From Camelus dromedarius (Eukaryota): DNA of 64,000 bases. Numbering within the stretch: position 1 is the first letter of the stretch; each line of letters begins with the position of its first letter. Made by a program: the position numbers and the translations under genes. The notes under the pieces are model-generated. The model made no database searches, had not been told where the DNA came from, and worked only from the letters and a program-made list of their open reading frames with translations. Below, piece after piece: positions 12,215 to 25,147 of the stretch. The DNA is taken from assembly GCF_036321535.1 (NCBI RefSeq), contig NC_087436.1:85686001-85750000 (forward strand). Direction: 5' to 3'.

Positions 12215-13500
12215 CTTTCCTTCACAAATATTCACTCGAAGCCTGTCCAGCTGGTACTTCCTGATAGCCAAGGTGGTCCCAAGACCCCTACCGGGAGATG
12301 TTTCTCCTTGGACATGCTGGCTCTGCAGGACCGTCCCAAGGCTAAGCCTGGGGTGCAGGTCTCCTGTCTTGTTTCTGTACCTCCAGCCCAGGGCCATCTT
12401 GGTAGCTTCCTCGGCTCTCCTCACTTCTGAATAAGGAAGAGAACTTCTGCCACTTTCCCTTTCTCCCCACCCTCCGCAGCCACCCAAGCCCTCTTTACTT
12501 CTTGTCTCCTGGTTCCCACAAAGCAGCTGTGCAGGCCTCGGTAAGGCTGCCCAAAGGCACTTTCCTAGTTCCCCTTCTCTGTTCCCCACAAAGCCTCACC
12601 CCCTAGTGTGACATGAGGCTGACTTCCAAGGTCCCATTCTCGGTAAACATTGTATGTTTCCTGTCTTTCCTGGACCCATTTCCTCCCAGATGGCTCTCCC
12701 TTGCTCATGCTGATGGAATGTTTAATTATTCATTCAAAAAATATTAATTAATCACTCATGAAACACTATGCTAGAAACCTCAGGCGCATCTTAGAGAGAA
12801 CACCTGTGCCTCAAGAAACCTGAAACATGGTGATCATCTAAGGGTGACAGGTAAGTCTCTCCTTAGGCTAACTCCAACTGACTTGTATGGGCTTCCTGGA
12901 AAAGGCTGTGCCTTAGATTTCTAAGGCACCTTGTCTCCACGGTAGACTGCTGTGGTAGATGAGCGATGTCTGCACAGACATGGAGGGGAGATGGAGCGTG
13001 GGAAGACCAGGCACTTGCCACCACTGAGGTGCAGAAACTCAGATCAAAATTCAAATCTCGACTCCACGAACATGACTAAGTGAACTTGGGCAAGTCTTAA
13101 CCTCTTGCAACTTCTTGAGCAACTTAACTTCTGAATGTCTAGACAATTAAATATTTTAACAAGTGAGTGGTAACCAGTGAACCTAGCCCATATATAGGTA
13201 TTTTATGTTAATTGAAGATTGAATATGGGGGTGGGGGTAGGGAGGAGCTAAGACAAGAATTGAAGTAATTACAGTACAAGGCAGAATAGATTATAAGACC
13301 AATAGGAGGCACAGGTACCAAATGTCATGGGAACTCAAGAGGCATCTTCCAACTGAAATTATTTCCCTGGTCTTGAAGGTGGGGGCTGGCTTGGAAAGAA
13401 GCGACAATACGACGTCAGAATGGATGGAAGAATAAGAAAAGTGGGGCATGTTTATGATGTGACAGAATCATGGAAGGAAATCTGTAGCAAGAATAGCCTT

Positions 13501-13595
13501 GGGTGGAGTGGGAATCGCTCAGTGGTAGAGCATGTGCTTAGCATGTGTGAGGTCCTGGGTTCAATCCCCAGTACCTCCATTAAAAAAAAAAAAAA
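13501..13595 (+). mobile_element. tRNA-derived camelid SINE (short form)
   Basis: gctcagtggtagagcatgtgcttagcatgtgtgaggtcctgggttcaatccccagtacctcc followed by polyA. Confidence 0.9.
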
Positions 13596-14795
13596 TCCTT
13601 GAATTCATGGCTAAAAAGTTGGAATTTTAATAAAACACAGAAATCTCTATAGCAAAGTTTCACAGCAAACCAGTACAATATTGTTTGCATTTAAGAGAAA
13701 GAGCACAACTAGAAACACATTCCTGCCAGTTGAGTTCTATACGGGGTAACAGCTGGGTTCTGCTGGTACAGGAGTATCTTCTTTCTTCTCAGTAAGCCTA
13801 ACAGCCATGACCAAAGTTACCATTTTTGATCATTATTTAAGTAGTAGGTATATGGACCAGGTGGTCTGACAGCTTCAGATTAGTACATAGAGGCAGATAC
13901 CACTGTTATGGAAAATGAGATTTCAAGAGCTAATCTGCCCAACGTCACAGAGCAGTAAGGGGTAGAGACAAGGTTGGCACCTCTGAACCCAGTCGGAGCC
14001 TGGACACCAAGCACCTACTTGCTGATTAAAAGCTAGGCCAGTGAGGGGAATAGCTAAACTAATAATATAGGGGCCATGGATGGCTTCTAACTTGAGATTT
14101 CCCACACACGAAGAAGTCAAAATGATACTGGAATACATTCATCAAGAAAGGACTTCTTTGTGTGGTGGTCAATTAGCATTCATTCCCGTCTGTAATAAAA
14201 TAATGGAAAACGCTTGACTGAAGTGTGGGTCTGCTTTTTATTGATTATTGATGCGTCCTTGGCCACACAGTTCCCTCCTGATTTTAAAAGGATTCTTCTT
14301 CATTACAGGTCAGCCCTCACCCCTCTTCCCTCTCCTTTCAAGAGTTATTTCTGCACATGTAGATGCCATGTCAATAAAGAAAATAAAATCGGATGGTGTT
14401 TTGTGTGCTGAACTCATTTTTAATAGGATTTCATGGTTCAGGGTGATTCTTTGTTTTAAGCTGGAGTAACTCTTAGGCTCCATGCAGGTTCCACTGGTCT
14501 GGACAGTCCCTCCTGATGACAAAGGATGCTTCAGCCACAAGACAGTACTGAGCTAAAAGGCACGAGTCACGTCCCTCCAAGGCAGTGACGGAACTTTACC
14601 TTGTCCCAGAAGTGAGTGAGAATGAAGATCGAAGGGTGGAGTGAACATCTTGGGAGGGAACAACCTATCTTCAAAATCCAAGCCAACAAGAATACAAACT
14701 ACTTTCTTGAGATTCCTCATGTCACCCTTGTGAATTGCCTTACTGTTCATGTTTAATTTTTAGACAATCTCTTTCAGGAGGAAGCATGCCAGTTA

Positions 14796-14880
14796 TATTA
14801 GATTGAATTACATGAAATTGCTGCTATTTGACCATTATTTCACCCATCACAACGGTCATTCCACATGAATCAACCTAATA
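14796..14880. mobile_element. Mariner MITE (MADE2-like)
   Basis: About 85 bp with terminal inverted repeats tattagattgaattacatg and cacatgaatcaacctaata, and TA ends. Confidence 0.7.
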
Positions 14881-15180
14881 ATCATTGTAGCAAGGTGCAG
14901 TATCCTCAAAATGCTTTCTCTATTTATTTTTCAATTTAAATGGAGACCTTGGGTTGTAAAAATAAAATGAGAAAATACAGCGCATACAAATTCTTAATAA
15001 ATGTCTGCTGAATCTTCAAGTATATAAATCCTAGTGATCTGACATCCTTGTGTGTATCTTATGCACACTGGGTACAAAACATTCTAATGTCAGGGTGAAT
15101 GCACTGGTGACACTTTAAAGTTTAATTTCACTATGCTTGAAAGAATCAAAATAATTCCACTTGATTTATATATTTACACT

Positions 15181-15186
15181 TTTATT
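15181..15186 (-). terminator. Distal polyadenylation signal AATAAA of KIT
   Basis: The minus strand reads ttctAATAAAagtgtaaatatataaatca, followed by a U-rich stretch. Confidence 0.85.
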
Positions 15187-15344
15187 AGAATCTTCAGAAC
15201 TGTCAACAATTGGACAACATATCAGGAAAAAAAACATGGAAACATCAACACTCTTTAAACTTGCACCGCTTACGTATTTACACGTTACCGTATATATAAA
15301 AAATATTTTCAAGGACTCATGGGCTTGGGAATATTCAAAAGACA

Positions 15345-15356
15345 TTATTGCTACAT
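15345..15356 (-). promoter_or_regulatory. Overlapping miR-221/222 (AUGUAGCA) and miR-137 (AGCAAUAA) 8mer seed sites
   Basis: The mRNA reads AUGUAGCAAUAA; both are exact 8mer matches to the known seeds. Confidence 0.7.
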
Positions 15357-16197
15357 TTCAATATTTACAAAACAAAGCCACAAAATAATTTCAAACATTA
15401 AGCCACTGCAAAGAAACATCTGATGTAAAAAAAAAATTATAAAAATATAAACTTTCGAGAATATCCAAGACAAAACTCAGTGAAGTGCCCCTGAAGTACC
15501 TAGACGTCTACAATGAACAACCACTTTCCTTACTAGAATCAAAGTCAATAGAAATGCAAAGGAAACTTTCAGACAAAGTATGGCAAACAGCGACAAGCTC
15601 TTACATGACAACAAAACCTGTTACCTTTGGAAAGGTGCGAGAGCATAGAACTCCAGTGCAAATGGTTACTTCCAGATAAATGGCTACAGTTCTCTAAATG
15701 TAGTCTCAGGGAACTAGGAGGGGAAAACTGGGGGGGTAGCCTACCTGAATCTCGCAAGACAACACACAAACCTTGCCATGTACCCATGGACCTCTTATAA
15801 CTGGGCGAGGAAAAAAAAAAAAAAAAGGTGAACTCTAGGAATAGTATCCAGGCTACAGCCTAAAGGGTAAAATTTAAATATGTTTCGGTGGGAAGAGTAG
15901 CATTAATAATGTCTACGGAACAGGTACAGTATGTTGAGTATAAATAACAGAGTGCCTTAAGTGCAGGTGGGTTGCAAATAAATAGGTACTTACGCACTCC
16001 GCTTCCTATTCGCCTCTGTGTAACTGCTGGTAAGCTTCTCTAGACAGCCAGGTGAAGAGAAACAGGAGCTGCGCTGCGGATGAAAGCCAGGCTGCTTCCT
16101 GGGTACTGAAGGGCCCTCTTGGGCTCAAGGCAAGCATACTCCCAAAGTATTTGTCTACAAGCATACACACGCGCGTGCACATACACACTTATATAGA

Positions 16198-16205
16198 TAC
16201 TGGCC
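16198..16205 (-). promoter_or_regulatory. miR-193-3p 8mer seed site (GGCCAGUA)
   Basis: Plus strand TACTGGCC; miR-193a is a known KIT regulator. Confidence 0.6.
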
Positions 16206-16458
16206 CGGCATCCAGGACATGCCTGCAATGGAGGTGGAATCTAAATTTTATTTCCTGCTACAGAAGAATCCAAACTAAGACAGCAGTGTTTTGTCACTCC
16301 TGCTGGAGCCATGCAGTAAATCAGTCACTTTTTTTTTTTTTTTTTTTCAAATGGCATCAAATCTATTGAACACAATGCCATTCTGAAGCGGGTCAGTTTG
16401 TTCTGGACTATCTGTATCGAGCAAGTTCATCGGTGACAAAAGGAGATTTTTGTTAAGA

Positions 16459-16466
16459 TTGTGCTT
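16459..16466 (-). promoter_or_regulatory. miR-218 8mer seed site (AAGCACAA)
   Basis: Plus strand TTGTGCTT. Confidence 0.55.
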
Positions 16467-17293
16467 GGCAATTATGTTTTTTCCTTTAAAAAAAAAAAAA
16501 AGCAAAGCACTAACTGTTGATTTCAAACTTGTCTGGCTCTATCTATGCCTACACGCAGCAAACTTGAGCCAGAAACTACACCTTGGGGGTTCCTCCCTCC
16601 AGTGTGTGAACACGTATGACTGACAGATGAGTATATACAAAATGGGGGCTGGGGAGGAGGCCGTCTCTCCAGTTCAGCTCCCTAACAGCAAAGTCTATTT
16701 AGAAACCAGGTCGGGAGGACAAAGGCTCATGCCCGGCAGGCTGTATTTATGCTTGGAGAGCACTTTTCCACGGCGTCTCATTCCCAGCATGAACTACTAG
16801 ATTTCTTGAGCCCTGATATTCATAGGCTTCTGCCCTTTGTTTGAATAACATTCTATTTTCCACATCACGGGGTTAGGGTTTCAGCTTCTAATCCTGCTGC
16901 TGCATCACCTCATTGTGGATGATTATCAGGACCGAAGGTGACGACTGCCATGTATTCAAATAAACTGCCAACTACACTTTTCAAACAGAAATCGGAGAAA
17001 AGCCTTGGAAAGGACTCCGGGTGTGTCCAGCACGGTCCACCCTCCCCTTCTCCAAGTCTGGTTTTTTTTGGTTAACGGGGGTGGGCTAGCTTGCTATTGG
17101 GAATAGATGCAGCTTGACAGTAGGTGGGGACAAACATCGGCCACTCAAGTGTGCTTGTAAAGAAAGGATTACAGCGGGATGTCCACTACCCTGGAGAAGG
17201 AGGCGAGTCAAAGGAAAACAAAATAACCATCATGAAAACCAAAAGAACAGGGGGTTGTTCTTGCTGGGGAGCCCCCCAGATGCTCATTCGGCC

Positions 17294-17422
17294 TCAGACG
17301 TCTTCGTGGACAAGCAGAGGCTGTGTGGAAGATGCGCTGCTGCCAACGGAATTGATCCGCACGGAATGGTCCAGCACTGGGTTCTCCCGGTGGGGGCTGC
17401 CGTTCGCTAAATTGGAATAAAT
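17294..17422 (-). CDS. KIT: KIT exon 21 coding part (129 nt including TGA)
   Basis: ctcag|ATTTATTCC...GACGTCTGA; encodes [42 protein letters not shown]. Confidence 0.98.
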   Translation of the reverse strand: MYSNLANGSPHRENPVLDHSVRINSVGSSASSTQPLLVHEDV

Positions 17423-18517
17423 CTGAGGAAAACAAGTCCACAGTCAATACATCAGTCACCACAATGAACACAGCAACGAAGGGGCTCGTTAACTTGCAAA
17501 GACTCTTAGAGCCAGGAGGTTAATGAGACCCAACAGCCAAGAACCAAACCAGATTGACCCAAGACCAGCTTTGTTTCATCCCTCATTCTCCCCAAGGTCT
17601 GATGACATAAGAAGTGATGGTCCAAAATGCGCTCTTCTGCTGGGACATATCTGGGAAGGAGAACTATCTAACTTAAAACAAAAAAAAGGTTGAAAAATCA
17701 CTACAGCCAACTACAATCCAACGGCTGACATCATTCGTTAAGAAACTGGTGATCCTTGCAGGGGTCTTCCAGTGAGAACCAGGCACTTGGGTGGGAAATG
17801 CTGTTTAATTTGAAATGTGCTTTGACGCCCAGAAAAGCAAGCCTCAACCCAAAAGTATTGGTGGTAAACTCTCAGAAAAGATAGCTCCAAGTACACACAA
17901 ACCAGGAAAAAAAGCAGCTTAAAAAAACCTGAGTCCAGGTAAGATCACTCATTCTTCCTTAAAAGCAGAAGAAATAATGGATGTGCGCTTTGAATTTCCT
18001 CCCCTCCCCAAATTACCAGGCAGGATCTCCCAACTTCAAATAGCCACTCACTCTATAGGGCTATGGGCAGGACCACTCTCTCATGTTCTTGAGCAGAAGG
18101 CTTATTTTTCTGCAGTAACAAGCTGTCTTGTCTATGCTTTTATTCTTGTTCACATCACCTCCAACCCTGAATGGCCTGCCGTATGAGAGAGCAGAGAACA
18201 TGCTGACCCCATGACCAGCATTTGGGGTGCGGGAGGAAATGTGGCAAATCCTTCTGGAAGCTTCTATTTCCACACTTCTAAGCGCCAAACCCTCTACTCT
18301 TTCCCCTCCTCATTTCACATTCTTTGGCCCAGCATGCGGAGATCGGGCAAAAAAATAACTCGTTTCCATTGCTTTACTCTCCTACCCAGAGCCCAATTTA
18401 CAGCCTAAGTCAAGGAGAGGAGGGAGGGGAGCTTGGTCCTCATCCCAGAGCCTGAGGAGGAGGCCGCGCCTGGCACCCAGAGAAGGGAAGTTCGGAATCT
18501 GGCTAAAGCTTACTTAC

Positions 18518-18623
18518 GTGGTTGGTGCTCTCTGAAATCTGCTTCTCAATCAGCTGCACGATCTGCTTGAATGTTGGCCTTTTCAGGGGATCGGCGTCCC
18601 AGCAAGTCTTCATTATGTCGTAC
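18518..18623 (-). CDS. KIT: KIT exon 20 (106 nt)
   Basis: ttcag|GTACGAC...AACCAC|gtaagt; encodes [35 protein letters not shown]. Confidence 0.99.
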
Positions 18624-18963
18624 CTGAAAAATGAGGGCCATTTACCACTCCTCAGTGCCCTTGACCCGTCCTCAGGGGTGTGCCGTGCAGCAATCCCAAA
18701 AATTATCCCAGGGCCACGCAACTGGACATACTGACTGACAAGCATATACAATAAAACCCTGGGTGCATGCCATGCTGCCAGAACTTTCTGTACATTAGGT
18801 GACAAGAATGACTAAAATAAGCGACAGAAATGACAACCGACCAGGGTGTCATAAAAAGGAACAAAGTGACATTTCAAACCATGCTAGTGAAAACCCTCAA
18901 CATCTGGGTTTCTGTCTTTAAAAAGGAAAATAAAAGGGGGAAACATTGTCTGAAGGGCCCTTA

Positions 18964-19421
<458 letters not shown>

Positions 19422-19485
19422 TCACAAAGGCCTTCGACCCATAAGACCTCAGACGACCCCACCTGCCTCTGAAATAGGTGGATCA

Positions 19486-19679
19486 CGAGTACAACTTGAA
19501 CAACGAGGGTTTGAACTGTGTGGGTCCACTTACACATGGGTATTTTTCAATAGTCAAAACTACCGTACTATACGGCCTGTGGTCGGTTGAATCCACAGAT
19601 GCGGAGAAACCACGGGTATGGAGGGCTGGCTAAGAATTATACCCAGATCAACCCCTGCGTTTATTCCAGGGTCAACTGG
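19486..19679. mobile_element. Tigger2/MER8-like DNA transposon remnant in intron 17
   Basis: cttgaacaacgagggtttgaactgtgtgggtccactta ... ttccagggtcaactg (Tigger2-type TIR). Confidence 0.75.
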
Positions 19680-21039
19680 ATTCTATCCCCATGTCCAAGG
19701 TGGAGTCTGTACAGTGTGGTGATGAGGAGCACAGATGTCAGAGACAGATACGTGGGTTCTAATCCGGGCTCTGCCACTGGCCTCAAGTAACACAGAGGTT
19801 TGTTTACTTACCCTGAGTATGTTTCCCCTTTTCCCCTTAATAGAAACATGACTTCCCATGGTTCCTGTCCCCTTTTCTAAATCAATACAATTTCTCAATT
19901 TTTTTTTCCTTAAAAAAGGACTTCTCATCTCTGTCAAAAGGGAGGTGAGGGAAGGCCTCCCCTCCCTTGTAAACACTGTAATAACAGATCTGAGAAACCA
20001 AGGTTGACACACAAAGTGCGTTTTACAAAATACTAACTAAAATATATTTTACATGAATTATACTTCCATTGAAATTTGGATAGCTGCATTTTCAGGTTCG
20101 AAAATATATTTCCACACCTAGGAGATTTCAAAAGCATTTCAGTTCTGGGCAGCAGACCCCACAGTAGGGACTCCCTTGCCCACCTCCTTTGCAGCTGGGT
20201 GCAGCCCTGTGGCTCCGTTTTGGCCACTGAGGTATAAGTGTGGTATGGTAGCTTTAGAAAACCTCCTTAAAATGAAGCTGGCATGTGCTCTGTGGCCTTC
20301 CCCTCTTGACTCTTCCTCCATCCTGCCTTCTGGAATGGCTGGCTGGCTATCTCCTAGCCATCTTGGACCATGAAGATGAGGGATTCACCAGGGATAGTAA
20401 AAAACAGAGAGGTAAAGGGATCTGTTCCCTGAGTACTTGATGAAACCTCTATTTCAGCCCTGGTCGGTGACTCCCGTACCTCTTTTCTTTGGGGTTTCCT
20501 GTAATATGCAACCAAAATTTTCCCTTATTAATATCCCTTATTAATGGGAAAGTCACTTATGTGTCTATAAGTAAGCCTCGAAATATTCTTCTGTAAAGAA
20601 AAACACTACTTCAAATTCCACGACTTGTCTTGTGGGTTAAATGAGATAATGTGGTTCCAGTGTTTATCCCAGTACTGCTGACTCACTCGGATCTGAAAAA
20701 CTGCCCTGCATTATACTCAGTACAGAGTAGTGGCTTATGCTGATTACGATTCCAAAGTGGTGAGTGGCAGATTCGAGGTTTAAATTCAGCAGCTGATCTT
20801 CACATCCTGAACTCATCCTGCTAAAATCGAGCCAAACTTTCCATGACAATTCCTCTTAGAGACATTTCTGGATTCCCGGATCTTAATTTACCATTAAAAG
20901 CTAAATCCATCCTTCTCTTAATCCATTTAGGATTGAAAACCAGGAAGACAATTTTTTTCCTAGTCTTAGTTATTTTAGTCAGCAGGGGAAAAAAAAGCTT
21001 TCCCGTATTCCCCCCCCAGATTTTGTGCTAAAGCTATTA

Positions 21040-21505
21040 TAGGGGCCCTTAACCTGAGATCTAAAGGTGTCTTGAATTCAGGGGCCTGTGAACTTGGAAG
21101 GGGAAACGTTACATTCTTGTTTTTACTAACTTCTGAATGAAGTTGAACATTTCCTTAAATGACGGATGAACATAATAAAGCACCGTGGTCTCAGCCTGCG
21201 ACCTTTGTCACCAATAGTAACATGGATATCTTCAATGTATTACAGTTTTCCATGCATCACTTTGAAATTATAGGAGTTGTTGGACCCACAGCTAGAACAC
21301 GTTATTCTGTGTAACAAAGAAGCACGTGTAATGAATAGCACAGAGGTACTTTTTAATAGTTTGATAACTGCATTTCAATCTAATTGCTGTTTCCGTAATC
21401 CTATGTACTTTATTTTACGCATTTAAAACAGCATTCTAGCAAGGGACGCACAGGGTCACCAGACTATGAAAGGAGCCACAGCACAAAAATGACTAAGAAC
21501 CTGTG
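21040..21505. mobile_element. Probable hAT-Charlie DNA transposon remnant
   Basis: Ends aggggcccttaacct and gactaagaacctgtg resemble hAT TIRs; subfamily not resolved. Confidence 0.5.
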
Positions 21506-21774
21506 TGAAATGGAAGAACTTTCAGAGGAACCGACATAATGAGAAGGTCTCAAATGACTGTGACATAAAATTGGGCACAGTAACATGCAGTGTGAGTTTC
21601 CTTGCTTTGAACTTGTCCCGTACCCAGTAGCTTGGTGGGGAGTGATACCTGTGATTGGCTAGTTCCACAGGCTTAGCTGGAGTCCACAGTCTGAAGCCTG
21701 GTGGGACCTAACCTAACCCTGTTCATTCCAACTAAGGTCCCTAGCCAATAATGAGCTATTAAGAAGCTGCAGCA

Positions 21775-21950
21775 GGGGGAAGGGTATAGATCAGTGGTAG
21801 AGCACGTGCTTAGCATGGAGGAGGTCCTGGGTTCAACTCCCAGTGCCTCCAGTAATAAATAAATAGATCTAATTACCTCCCCCACCACCAAAAAAAAAAA
21901 AAAAAAAAAAGAAAAAAGAAAAAGAACTTTAGATAAGTTAAAAAAAAAAG
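21775..21950 (+). mobile_element. tRNA-derived camelid SINE (long form) in intron 17
   Basis: gggggaagggtatagatcagtggtagagcacgtgcttagcatgg..., long A tail, 12-bp TSD gaagctgcagca at 21763-21774 and 21951-21962. Confidence 0.92.
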
Positions 21951-22044
21951 GAAGCTGCAGCATATCCACTGCCATGATTACTCGCTTTCCAAATAAGACC
22001 TTTATCAAGAAGAGCCAGAATATTAAGTGCCACATAAGTATTAG

Positions 22045-22260
22045 CTACAATGTGCCAGGTACTGTTCTAAGCACTTTACGCATATTAACTCATTTAATCC
22101 TCACAACAACTTTATGAGGCAGGGGACAGGATTATGACCAAAAGGAGAAAAACCAAAGTTCAGAGGTGTTGGGGTAATTCTTTTCAAATATTACGCAGCC
22201 ACTAAATAATAGAACCAGATTTGAACTCAGGAAGACTGGGTCCAGAACACACCACCTTTT
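22045..22260. mobile_element. MIR SINE
   Basis: gtgccaggtactgttctaagcactttac...ctcatttaatcctcacaacaac...gatttgaactcagg. Confidence 0.82.
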
Positions 22261-23188
22261 ATTCAAAGGCCTGGGTAAGGAACCATCGTTCATCCTTACT
22301 TCTAATTGTGCACCAAGATGGAAAGGACTTGGTGTTCTTAACACTCCTAGCCTTCAGAGAGTTGTTAGAAATGCATGCTAGAAGTAAATGCAGCACCATT
22401 GCCACAAAACCAAGTCTAGGAGAGCCCACCCACAGAGATGCCATAGTGATGGAAGAGAAAACACTACATTAACACAAGGCACACAGACAGCTACCTCCAG
22501 GAATAACTCTGGACAGTAAGATGTGGGTCTGGGAAAATAGATGGAGAAGAATATGTGTTCAGGACTACTGGCTTCCATACTAACAGGATATTGTTCTAGA
22601 AATCATAGGCTCTGGTTGCAGCCTCTACTGACCTGTGTCATCTCAGACAAACATTGCTAAAATACACTGTGCTTTTAGTTTCTCCAGCTCTTAAAAGGTG
22701 AAGATACTGCATCCTAAAGCCAAGGGGCTGTTCTGATGAGAACATGAAAATTGGCAATGAAATAAAGCACTTTGAAGTAAAATCACTATGTTCCCATAGG
22801 CCAATTATTACTTATGAACATACTTAATAAGCTCTCTTGTTTATAAGATCCAACATTCTATACACCTAATTCTGAGCATTACCTTAGATTTTAGTCTTTT
22901 TCACCTAGCATGTCAATCTCAAAATAAAATTCTCCTGCTGTGACCTTCAGGTCCACATTTGTTTCACTTGAACAAAATCGAGTTCATTGCTATTCTCAGG
23001 CTCTAATGAAAATTAAGGCTATTTCTGTTCCCTTCACATGCCCCATAATTACACAATTAGAATTAGGAATTCCGCTATCAGAATTTTGCTGAAGTACTCT
23101 TCATCCGACTGCTAAAAATGCGTGCTATCTCAAAGGTAGGACTTGCATTATAAAAATCATAAAAAATACTTAAGAAAACTTGAAACTA

Positions 23189-23356
<168 letters not shown>

Positions 23357-24373
23357 CTATTAGGAGAGTGGGAGACAAAAGAGAAAAACCATTTAAACTT
23401 ATTTTAAACTTTCAAAGAGTGAAAACTATGTTTAATGCTAGAACGCTGCTTATGTTATACAGTGCCAATACTTTAGTTTTACATTTTAAACTATTCGGCG
23501 CACCAAAAATAAATATCCAAATTACGCTTTGAATGATGTTCACATTTGTGTTTCACGTCGTTAGGACCTTAATTACTATAATCACTTGCAAAACCAACTC
23601 GAATAAATGCTTTTTTTCTTCTGCGAACTGCTTTCATTCATAGGAAAATACATTATAAATAGTTGGATCATTTTTTAAAACTGAAAACTCATTTTGCATG
23701 GTTCTCTTTGAATGTTCTTTTAAAGAGTTTCTAAAATGCCTGCAACTTTCCATTGGATACCCCCAAGGACACAGGAAAGAGGCTCTTTATTTCAGCCATC
23801 CACATCCTCTTTTAGTTTGGTAATTGCTTGGAAATGTCACCAGTGACATTTAAGGGTAAGATCTCTAACCTCATTCTATTCTGCAAGTCCCAGTTCCTAA
23901 GGAATTCCTCTCACTGACCAGAGACCATGTTCCTTGTTTTGGTTCTACAGTCTCTTCCCATCCCCATCGTCTCATCAAGTGTTTATTACTCTCTCTTGAT
24001 CCCTTACTCCACGCCTCACCCCAGTACTTCATGAACCATGCAATAGTTGAGGTCTCACTTCAATAAAACCCAAGTATATGCTTCATCAAGCATTGCAGCT
24101 ACATGAAGGACCCTCTCCTTTGGCTGATAAAATAATTCTCTCCCTATTTTCTAAGAGTGGCTCCTATATCCTAAGACCCAAGTTTTAAATGAATTCATTG
24201 CATATAAAAAATAGATTCATAGAAAGCTCATTGAGACAGGCTTGCACTTTAAAGCTTATACACGAGAATAGGAATTCCAAAGAGACAGCAGTTGGAACAT
24301 GAATAAACTCTATTTCCTCTGTTTCTGGTTAACCACACTTCATATGACACTCCACATTCTCACTATAGCTCTA

Positions 24374-24748
<375 letters not shown>

Positions 24749-25055
24749 CTAAATTAAAAAATCTTTAGGGAAGAAGAAGGGTGGATGAATACAAAAGTAT
24801 CTTATTTTTCATATGCCAAATATGTATTTGATATATTTTGATATGTATGTTATCATGGATGCAGTCAGACACAACAACACAAGCTCTGACCCCCAATACC
24901 AACTTGCAACCCCTCACCGCCACTGACCACCGGCACTGCCCCTGCATCCTACTGTAAAGGAGAGCCCCACTACCAGGAATGCTGTTGTGTTTATTCCACA
25001 GTGGTATGAGAAACCCTGCCAATGAAGTTGCTTTTATTGCTTGGGAAGTACCCAC

Positions 25056-25147
25056 CTATCCTGGCAGGCCTCCTCTTGTCTGCCTTGGTTGGTACAACGT
25101 AAGAAACTCCGGGCTTCATATCCATGTACTCATTAGTACTATCACTG
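25056..25147 (-). CDS. KIT: KIT exon 15 (92 nt; 89 nt if the distal acceptor, start 25144, is used), kinase insert with YMDM PI3K site
   Basis: cgcag|CAG|TGAT...AGGATAG|gtgggt; encodes [30 protein letters not shown]. Confidence 0.97.

Larger units (their letters stand above)
15161..17293 (-). other. KIT: KIT 3'UTR (about 2.1 kb; cleavage site approximate)
   Basis: Runs from the stop codon to AATAAA at 15186-15181. No interspersed repeat was recognised, the distal part is AT-rich, and the length is like that of human KIT. Confidence 0.85.

Noticed and set aside
13501..13580. tRNA-like sequences with A and B boxes (also at 523, 21775, 39406, 55533, 57386) as tRNA genes
   Set aside because: They have polyA tails, mostly clear TSDs and differ from each other; they are SINE copies.
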